Positions 49,401-59,178 of a stretch of DNA of 64,000 bases are shown piece by piece. The notes under the pieces were generated by a model. The model did not search any database and was not told the origin of the DNA. It saw only the letters and a list, made by a program, of their open reading frames with translations. Origin of the DNA: Balanoglossus misakiensis (lineage: Eukaryota; Animalia; Hemichordata); the NCBI GenBank assembly GCA_040954595.2, contig CM082584.2:6390110-6454109 (forward strand), in the 5' to 3' direction. Position 1 is the stretch's first letter. Each line of letters begins with the position of its first letter. The position numbers were made by a program, and so were the translations under genes.

Positions 49401-52400
49401 AACGTCACCCTACGCAACATGAAATAATCTGTAGTTTCTCAGTTGTACCCAGGTGGCCAGATTAACGAGAGATATTTCCACGGAAAAACAACAACCCAAT
49501 ACCAAGAGAAGCAATGAGTTATTGTGGATGATTCAGTCCCTGCATGGAATTGGATGAGAAAGTTAGCGTACTGGTAGAACTTGGTCAACTCGTCAGGCCA
49601 TCAGCCTTTTTGTTCTTCTTTTTTTTTGCTCTTAAAGGTATACAGTCACCTCCAATTTACATACGCCCATATATGGCTGAAATGGCGTATTTGAGCGTTC
49701 TAAAGAATAAATGGTGGCGCTCTTTTTTTTGCGTGTGCCACCCACTGAAAATGTGTGATTGGCTAGAATTTCCATAGGTGACCGGATACCTTTAATATTT
49801 ATTTGCTGCTTACCTTATTCATACACTCAAATACTGGGCTTTGAAAAACTTCCATTATGAATTGTGGGCAGTTCCAGTCCTGTGGTTCGTACGTTGGCCA
49901 TTCATTCTGCAAAAAGAGAAATCAAATTCGTCATGACACTGTTACTTGTACCATCAATGTGTTCAACTTGATTTCGGCAAACAAGGCTTCAAAAACATCA
50001 ATAAAAACATTCAGAAATGTAAAGCATTGAAAATTCTCTGTGAACTGCAAGACAAGTTATGTCCATCAAGTCTTTACTACCTATAAGCATCTAGCTGACT
50101 AGAATTTAGCGACTCAATGATTTACAAAACGTACCAAGAATTTCAAGTCAGCTACTTTGCCCGAATTCACAGAATTAAAGACACTTTATTAAACAAATGC
50201 AATTCCATCAAACAAGAGAATACGGATCGCATATGACGTTTACAACTGTGAACCAATTTCTGTCCCCCAGGCATTTTACTTTAGCACCACCTGCTGTTAA
50301 AACATATGTAACAGTTACATCTCCAGGTTCCTAAGATTATACCAGCCATAAAGACAATAAATTTCCTTGTAGGGTGCAATGTGCTTGCCCGCAGCAAAGA
50401 GTTGAAGTTGACATAAGAGTTTTATCTTTCAAGGCTATATAGCTACTGTCACTTTTAATACAGGAATCAATTCCCTGTGATGCTAGACACGATACATCAT
50501 TCTTTAGGTGGAATTTATTTTCATTAATGAGAAAGTGTACCAGTAACACACAACAAATACACACACCATCTCGCCCCACCTCACACACACACATATACAC
50601 CACACAAAGAAACAAACAGATAGACAGAGACCCATCCCACGAGCTTCTATGAAAGTTGAATTTGTCATTGAACTGCCATTGAGAGATTTAACAGACAGTA
50701 GCATTTGTCTGATAGTTCAAGTATAATGGAAAATCGACAGGAAGCACATTCCAATGGCCACAGGAATGGGCTTCCTGTGAGGAAGGTGGTAGAGCAATGT
50801 CTTTTCAGCCTGTTCGTCTGAAAGTCAAATCCGCTTTAATATTTATATTTAAAGAGAAGTTGATTCCAGGAATGACTGATTCACCCACTAGATCGCCAAC
50901 TCAATAAAATATGGGAACAAATTCTTTCTTATCAAAAACTGCAATCAATTTCATCAACCTATATGCTTTTATGTATTTAATATATATCAAAGCTTCCCTA
51001 ACTCGTTACAAAATAGTTCCATGGACAAATTTGCATATTGAAGAGTTTCCCTAACTTGTTACAAATAAAGTTTCTTGGACAAATTTGCATATTGAGGAGT
51101 TTCCCTAAACTTATGGGATATTGTAAATCACCCACAGTTCAAACAAGCCTAAATGGTTCTGGTCTTAATTTGCAAGAAACTCCCTAAATTCATTTTTTTA
51201 ATCATTCAAGTGAACAGCTTATATTAATAATCATTCAAAAACATGCCCAAAGTATAAGATAAATCTTCACACCTCTAGCACTTTCTCCGGAGTTTTTCCA
51301 TCGACAAGGGAGTTGTTCACTAGTCTCAACCACTGCATATGATGACGGCTGCTTTTCAGTACTTCGCACCTGAGACTGACATCTTTTCCCACGTAGTCGG
51401 TCTGGTTCTGTGTGTTGTAGCTGATATACGGCGGGTTTTCAGCTGAAATGCAAACAGATATTGTTTACGGTAAATAGAATCCAGAGTATTTGAATCATAT
51501 CTCATTTCTGATGTAGCGCTTTTAGAAGAAATGCATACTTTATTACAATAGTGATAATGAAATTGTCAAGTACAAAACATGAATATTCATCAGTTTTTTT
51601 TAAACTTTGCTATTTATAAATTCAGGAACCAGTTGCTGGATGTGAACGACATGTCACAACTATCCTCAGAATCTTCTCAATCATTCAAAATGAATAACAC
51701 TGTCCCCTTTCCACCAACATAATATTATGCAAAGTCCTTTTAATTATGGAAGCCAAGACCACCAAAATTAGGTCTTTTTGCTACTGAGGCTCAATTATCA
51801 GCCTGACTATCAACCAAACAAACATCAGTACCTAAGCTGGAAAGTGTAAAATAAGAACTTAAGAAACCCTAGGAAAAAATAACATAATTATACACTCAGG
51901 AAGCACAAAATAGTCATGCTGGTTCTATCTTTATGCTATGACAAAAAAAAACTTACTTTCTGGGTCCACCTCAAGTACAAAGGTGAAATTCAATCTTCCG
52001 TATTTATTGCTGACAACACACGTATAATCTCCACTGTCAGAAAACACTACGTCCAGCAGAATGAGAGTATATCCTTTATAACGAGGCTGTAAGAATTCAA
52101 GAAGAGAAACAATAATGTTTGAGTGGAGAAGTCAGATATATCCCATAATGCACCCAATTAATCTAATTTTCACTGTCCCGGGCCACTATTACAAAGTAGG
52201 ATTATGTGCATTTTAGGATGAATTTGACAAACCTTTTCATGGGACACCCAGAGAGCATCTAAAAAGTGTCTAAATTTAATGATATAGTGTGAAATGATGG
52301 GATATAAAATTGTACACCATGTTCTTTTCTTTGACTTGTCAAAAGTTCAGCCATTTGGCTATTCCACTGTAAGTCCATCTTTTTCTATGCAAAATTCACA

Positions 52401-55400
52401 GCAAAGCAGTATTGGTATCTGTAGCTTACGGAGTGTGAGAATGGGCTTTGAAATATCACAAGAATTTCTTGGCATTATCAAACACTGAAAAGTCTTAACG
52501 ATACATCCAGAATGTTTCACTAAAAGTGTAAAGGTCATGATGTAGTCTTTGCTAAGTTTGCTGTTTAAAGAATGGGCAGACGTCATAGTATTGGAGTAGT
52601 GTCAGGGGAATTCAACACTTGGCATTTTATAGAGGATCAGCAGCCACAAATCACTGATAACAGTTTTCCAGGGTGAAAAATTAACAATTTCCTATAATCT
52701 GTTGGAAATTTTCAAGTGACACATTGATTGCCATAATGAATCTCACTATCTCTGATGTCTTCACGAGAGTGAATTTGACAGGCTGCCATTATTATATATC
52801 TCACTGATTCAGGTTAAAAGTTTATCACATAAAACTTCCTTGCTTTGATAATTTATCATTACAAGTGGGATTTCTATCTTCACTGTGTATATCCATCATT
52901 ACAATGTATCTGGTGCTCGTATCATGAAGACAGATTTATTTTATGTATGGTTAGGTGAAAGAACAGCAAAAATGATACTCATTGATTTATGGTGTAAATT
53001 TCCATTGTAAATTTTTTTTCCCAAAAAGCTGGTATACCACGATTGTGAAATTTATCATTTGTTGTGAAAGAGCTCTGGGAATTATAACTAGCAACATATG
53101 GCCAGAAATGAATGGGAAAATTGCGGTTAATTTTTTAAATATGTAATTTGAATACAATGAAGGCTGTTCACACGAGGTCTGATGATCCACAGATTCAGAC
53201 TGCGCCTCCTGGTACAATTAGATACTTGTACATTGACAGGGCTAGAAAACTGAAGGTGACAATCACATATAAGTTCTATTAATTAGCTGTAACTTTTATA
53301 TACGTTTTCAGTATTCTTGTTAAAATCCCTTAAGCATGCGAAATACGAAAGCAAGTACAGTCCCTGATCCAACAAGCAAATGTATACATGTATGTATCTA
53401 TGTTGAGCTACTTTGCAGCAAGTGGTATCATAATTTGTAAACAACACCTGTACAGGCAACGTAAGCCAGCCAGCTGAAGATGGAATTGGATTAACATATA
53501 GCCCGTTTTACAACTCAAGTGATTCACGGCGCAAGATAATGCACTCATCGGAAGATCTACTTATGGGGTTACTTCATTAAACATTATCAAACCTAGAGAA
53601 CAAAATGAGAACAAGACGCAATAGACTTGGAAAGACATATATTATGACTTCTGCACACACTCATAAAACTCAAATCTGCCGCTGAACAATACAGTTATTA
53701 CGCCTACAACGCTGGCTGAGATTTCCCGGTTATTTCTTGGAGGTAAATGTAGAATTTATGAGGCATCCTGATCATATATCAAACGCGTTTTAAATATCAA
53801 CATATTTCAACCGATAAATTCTGATGTCACTTATTTTGGCTTATCAACAAGGCCCATTAATTATTATACTATAATGGATGTTTCATTTTTATTGCACTGA
53901 ATATGTCTTATTTTTTTGCCAATCTATATTATTACACATAGGTGTTCAAAATGCGCTCTAAAATATTACAAGATACGGACTATAAACAGTGATGGATGGT
54001 TTTTCAGTCATATAAAGCTACACTTCCCTTGATATAGCCAACAAAGTACAGTGTCTCAATCTGTTGACAACATACTATAATTTCAGCTCCTTACAAGTTG
54101 AATTTTGGCAAAAGTGAACATTCCTCCTGACTAGATGCTTGCCCTACAGCTCAGCGGCACTGCCAGCCAAGTTTTCTGGGCAGCCAGTCGCGGCCAGACT
54201 ATCTCTCTATCTGTTGAGATCATTTCCACATACTTTGTTGAGAAGATCAATACTTGGCACTTAGGCATGTTTCAGTGGAGTAGAACAAGAAACGGTAGTC
54301 GCCAAAAAAAAGTGAAATAATCACTAAAAGTTACAGCTAGTGTCCCTTTAAAGGAAGAGTTGCAAACTTCTGACATTGTTATTTTAGTTTCATTTGATGA
54401 GCTACCGAGGTTGTTCTACCCACTGAAACATGCTAAATCATGATTTGTACAACTCATACCCTGCAGTAGGACATGATGTCACCACACACACTGTCACTGA
54501 TGAATGTGTTTACAGTATGTACGGTACAAGCCACGAACCCAGCCCATCTGATATCCATTTCCCCAGGGATGTTGCTAATGTTTTAATCAGCTAAACACTA
54601 TTTTAGATACAATGTAACATGATAATCACCTATCACTATCAGGTCAATTATCTTGATCTGATACGCCTATCCTACTCACTAGTCTATCTTCCAGCTTTTA
54701 CGCTCTGATGAAAAAGGCAAATTAATGTATCTTTAGACACAGCCTTTCATCATGCACTCAATATTCATTTCATGATATATCAGCAGTACCTATTTCACAC
54801 TTTTTACTGCATCGATTGTTACCATGACAATGCGAATACCACTGATGAAGTGTGTGTCTCCTGCTAATGTTGGACTGAACGCCATTAACCCATAACTCAT
54901 TATATTGTCACCGATAAATTGATCAGTCAACGCTGCAGTACAATAGAAAACCAACACTTTTACCGGACAAAGCAAGCAAACAAAAATTCACTGAGCATGT
55001 ACATCAACCTGGGATCATTTTTCAATCCAGGGTACGTAGCATCTGTGTGACATGCGCCCAGCTGCAGAGGACTCGGGGTGTCTGCGAAAATCGCCCACCG
55101 AGAACCGACAAGTCCACTCTCACGAGAAATAAATTCTACTCCGCCGAGCACTCTCTTCTGAACCACAGACACGACTCGCGAAAATGATTATGGTTTTAAT
55201 GATGTCTTCACAGCCAGTGCCTTAGCATGTGTTCACATCAGGTGACTTTTCCAAAAAGCCTGCACTAAACATGTGCTGAATTCGTTAAACGCTGATACGA
55301 CTACAAAGAAAGCATATCTTGAATCATCTTTGGTCGTTATTATTACCAATTTTTTGGTTATACATAATCATATGGATTTTATTTTGCATGGTTGATTTTG

Positions 55401-58400
55401 TTATACTGTTGCTGCTACACGTATACACCCAGGAGGGTCTTGTGATTTGTATGTTGGGGGGACGATCGAAGCACGTCTGAGAATTTTACGACTCAATGCA
55501 GCATCATGGGTGGCTGGTAAGGATGGGACCTAGACAATGATTGTCGGCCAAAATGTGAAATAAAATGTAGGTATTATGAGATGTGCGAAGTACAGCAGGG
55601 AATTAACTCGCAAAACATGTAACTGTGCATTATTACTAAACTATTATTGGTCACAGAAGACAAGCTTACACAGAAAAAGGTTCAAACATACACATGTATT
55701 GGAAATTGCTAAGAAGCCGTGTGATGTTTGTGATAATGACTTTTCTCACAGTGAGCACATCTACACCTACAGTGCTGATACAATAATGAAGCTCAGAAAG
55801 GATTCACCCATTGAGGCATATATATACACCCACAAAGGTGGTAAATGTTTTCTTTTACTGCAAACCATGGGAGATAAAATGCAAGCCAGCCATGAAATTT
55901 CTGTCAAAGCACATATTCACGAAACTTCTTCTCCCAGAAGACAGATCTGGGACACATCCACTGCCTCTGTCAGCCATATAAACTTTTCAGCCATCAAATT
56001 AATGTCATCGGGCATGCATCGGATAACATTTTATTAGTTCTCTGTCTGTTGTCACTCAAAACAGTAACAATGATGCAAAAATTACAAAATATCTAACAAC
56101 AATGTCTAACTCGACAATGTAATCGAGTCTGAATTCTTGCATAATTTTCTTATTTGGTTTGCACAATCATGCAGTTTTTGAGTTTTGAATCTGCATCACC
56201 TGTTGTACGTGTCATATGTGAACCTATTTTTTTCCATCGATGAAAGTAGACAGTGACAGTGCACAAAAAAATCATTTTTATTACTGCATGATCTTCCAAG
56301 TTACTTTAGGCTGTTGTAAATATTCTGGTTACACGCTTCAACTCAATTTTTTTCACCCTTTTAACTTTCTGGGAGAGCTTTTTTGTTTATCGTCGTGTCA
56401 TGATTTAAAACATTCCTACCAACCCCAGTCAGTGTTCTCTGCTAGCTGTGTTACGAAATCCGTGCTGGAAAGCACAAACTCACGACTGACACACTTTGCT
56501 GGGACCAAACTGAAATAAATCACTAAGGAAGTGACATCACTAGGGGAAAGGTTGGCGCGGAAAGGTCGGGTGAGGTCACTGCGACCTCCAGGGATGCCCC
56601 AGAGTTGCATGTGGGTGTTGTTTACCTTGTCCAATATTCCAAGAGTTCAGTTTAATATCATAGTATCAATAAACATGTTGTTCAGCCCGGAGAAGTATAT
56701 TCTTAACAGAATTGACAGCACAGTCGTCCCCCCCCCACCCCCCGCTGCCTGACCTTAAAAGACTAAACATTGACCAGGCATACATGTACTTCTTCAATGT
56801 TCCTAGCAACCACGCAGGAATCAATGATAGCCATACTAACTGTATACACTGCACTATCTGCTGGTCCATATACTGTAAAACACTTTATTTTCGCGAGCAA
56901 TAAATTTTCGCCAAATACGTTAGAGCCAAAATAGCGTGAAAATAAAAAGTCGCGTAAATTTTATTTAAGATAACGATGCAGTGAATGAAATAAGAGAACA
57001 CGAAAATTAATACTTGCGTATCAGTGGCCTCTCTCGATATCGCGAAAATTTTAGCTCACGAAAATAAAGTGTTTTACAGTACTGTACTACGTATTAAAAA
57101 ATATGAAACACACACCTTTTGACCAGTCCGTCTTGTTTCATTGACGCGAATTCCATTTTTAAACCATTCAATAGTTGGCATTGGGTTGCCATCGGCTGAA
57201 CATCGAAAACTGACCGTCGTCCACAGAGCCTCCACCATGAACTGATTTTCGTTCATTCTCTTAAACCTTGTCCAGCGTGGAGGGGATGGCGCATTGTCAA
57301 TCGTGTGTTCGGCAGCTATTTCTTCTCCGTTTTCCTCTTCCAGGGCCAAATTTTCATCATTGTAATCTTCTGTGTTTGTTTCGTAGATGGTGCCTTCTGA
57401 ATCGAGAACATTTGCATTTATATACGGTCACTGATTGGCGGTTGCAACACAGAGGCACAGAACAATGGACACTGATTGGATGGTAGGCTACACAGACAAC
57501 CAATCATTTACTTGCCTTTTGATGTGAAAAAAAATGGTTGATTCTCAGACTGTGACATTTTTCTATTCCTTAATCATCAACACCCACACCGCACTTTCAC
57601 ATCACACACAGGTACAACATGTATATTGATATCTACATTGAAAATAAAACTTCTTCGCATTGACCACCACAGTTCGATTTTTATAATGAACCATACATGA
57701 ATTTCAGCTCAAAAAGAATTCAACTGTAGAGATAAACAGAAAATGTTTTCTGTAACTTTTAGGCAACGACTCAATTGGAGAACTCTGAAAGAAAGTTGAA
57801 GAAAGTCATAAGTGTGTGTGCAAATACTTATTTGAACGTCTTATTAACTAGAGGTGCTTGCGTCCCATTTCTGAAATGAGAAATTCCCTAAAGAGCTCCA
57901 AACATCTGTTCCTGAAAGACGTGTACCCAAATGAAATTTTAGACTCTGATATTAAGGGACTTGGTGACCATTGTTCAGTCCCTAACAACCCTCAATTCAA
58001 CTTCTGTCTTTAAGTAGGCACTGGAGGATGCAAAATTTCTTGTTAGTTCTGTGTCTTTCACGACTGGAAATTGAAAAAAGCCCTCGCAATTTCATCATGT
58101 CATTTTACAAATTGCCATCTCTAGCTGTGGGTTGTTGCCGAAATTTTGTGCGAGTGATATAGGTTTCATGCTGATCGAAAAATGCATGAAAATTTCATCA
58201 AGACTCGCACAAAAGGGACAATCTGCTGCCTAAATTTCACAAAATACGTAAATTTTTCACATGAAAGGGACTCAATTAAAATGATGATTGTCCTCCTAAA
58301 TCACAGCATTATCTTTTCTGTAGATTGCCTGATATTTTTTTTCCACTTTACCGATCGACTGGCACGGGCTCCGACAGGGGACAACCTCGCACAATATTTC

Positions 58401-59160
58401 AGTTGACCCCAGACGTTCCTCGTAAGTGTCGAAATCACCTGGGTACATGTATGTATCTTTGCATGCTGAAATGTATATCGCACAAACAACAGGCTCTGTT
58501 TTCTCTGTCAACTTCGTGAGCTCTACCGGTATTTTGAGATATGTACCACTTCAAAGTTTAGAGTCGACACACTGACTCGGTTGCGAGGTTTCCTATGACC
58601 ATCAAGCCTCCTTTAAGGTGGTACACGCCTCAAAAATAAAACGTCTTAAACTTTTTATCAAATGATGCACATTCACAAGATTACAGGCTAAAAACTGGCC
58701 CGCCATGCTAAAAAATACAATTTCATTTCACGATTCCATTTTCATAACTGTCAAAGTTTTACAATAGTACTAGGTTATAAAAAGTTTGAAGTTTTTTTAC
58801 AGGTCATAAATATGAAAAAAGTTTTATTGTGAACTTTAAAAAAAAAACAATTTATTTCACAGGTATGCATTTCAACTATAGCCCTCTAAGAGCTGGCCTT
58901 CTCAATTGATGGGAAAAACTTGTAAGTGTGAAAGCATGGTGCCAAGTCTGGATTACACTTAATGATGGAAGAATATAGAGTTTATTCTGTGGTGGCATAG
59001 AGGAGGTCTACAGCGGTCAATTGTCTACTTTGATGGAGTTACGCAAACAATATCTCCGCAAGAGTCAATTACCTGTCTTATTTGCCAATGTGGAGCCATC
59101 ATCCCCTGCTACCACGGCGATCGCTATGGCAACAGCGATGCTAATCTTCATCAAGTGCAT
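31445..59160 (-). CDS. FGFR: Fibroblast growth factor receptor tyrosine kinase: signal peptide, acid box, two Ig domains, TM, split kinase; about 727 aa (758 with the cassette exon)
   Basis: Exons: 59160-59073 ([19 protein letters not shown]), 57396-57116 (acid box, [19 protein letters not shown]), 52086-51957 ([14 protein letters not shown]), 51442-51273 (VSLRCEV..MQWL), optional 49906-49814, 37981-37849 ([14 protein letters not shown]), 37524-37310 (TM), 36735-36602, 36159-36035 (LGEGAFG, VAVKMLK), 35615-35505, 34628-34438, 33747-33625 ([24 protein letters not shown]), 33259-33051 ([15 protein letters not shown]), 31980-31875, 31612-31445 (DYLSL...ESTV*). All phases are consistent. Confidence 0.95.
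32062..32154. mobile_element. MITE family C (about 90 bp, CCC...GGG ends, piggyBac-like)
   Basis: ACCCTTTTACCATCATGGTTTGG...GGGAACTGGGGGTGGAAGGG is homologous to 36824-36916 and 41627-41719. Confidence 0.8.
32978..33030. repeat. (CTGT)n/(CT)n microsatellite
   Basis: CTCTCTGTCTCTGTCTGTCTGTCTGTCTGTCTGTCTTGTCTCTCTCTCTCTCT. Confidence 0.85.
36824..36916. mobile_element. MITE family C with intact TTAA flanks
   Basis: TTAA|CCCAATCACCACCATGGTTTGG...GGGGTGAAAGGG|TTAA. Confidence 0.85.
41627..41719. mobile_element. MITE family C with intact TTAA flanks
   Basis: TTAA|CCCTTTCACCACCAC...GGGGTGAGAGGGG|TTAA. Confidence 0.8.
47200..47431. mobile_element. MITE family A, right-truncated copy in the FGFR IgIII intron
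   Basis: TTAA|AGGGACAAAGTCTCTCTCTCGCTGCCCCTTTTCCATTAATTATGTTTGATAC is identical to the start of the 4191 copy. Confidence 0.85.
49632..49795. mobile_element. 156-bp TTAA-flanked MITE (Kolobok-like AGG...CCT termini)
   Basis: TTAA|AGGTATACAGTCACCT ... AGGTGACCGGATACCT|TTAA, a 16-bp TIR with 2 mismatches. Confidence 0.8.
49814..49906 (-). CDS. FGFR: Candidate 93-nt cassette exon in the middle of FGFR IgIII ([31 protein letters not shown])
   Basis: Acceptor TTTGATTTCTCTTTTTGCAG| and donor AAG|GTAAGC, phase 0-0 matching both flanking exons, no stop codon, two Cys. Confidence 0.75.
50994..51108. repeat. Two-copy tandem repeat of about 53 bp containing the octamer ATTTGCAT
   Basis: TTCCCTAACT.GTTACAAA...TGGACAAATTTGCATATTGA.GAGT occurs twice. 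Confidence 0.75.
54261..54351. mobile_element. Right-end remnant of family D
   Basis: Shares TGGAGTAGAACAAGAAA and AGTTACAGCTAGTGTCCCT|TTAA with 14729-14786. Confidence 0.55.
56871..57081. mobile_element. MITE family B, complete copy
   Basis: TA|CTGTAAAACACTTTATTTTCGCGAGC...GCTCACGAAAATAAAGTGTTTTACAG|TA, a long near-perfect TIR, about 35 nt from the donor of the FGFR exon ending at 57116. Confidence 0.88.
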
Positions 59161-59172
59161 TTTGGCAGTTGC

Positions 59173-59178
59173 TCACAT
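59173..59178 (-). promoter_or_regulatory. Start-stop uORF (ATG TGA) 12 nt upstream of the FGFR start codon
   Basis: The minus strand reads GAA ATG TGA GCA ACT GCC AAA ATG CAC TTG, within the exon that begins at acceptor 59202. Confidence 0.7.

Noticed and set aside
58612-58880. Possible degenerate TTAA|GGT-type transposon remnant
   Set aside because: The right terminus is not recognisable and there is no second copy in the window.
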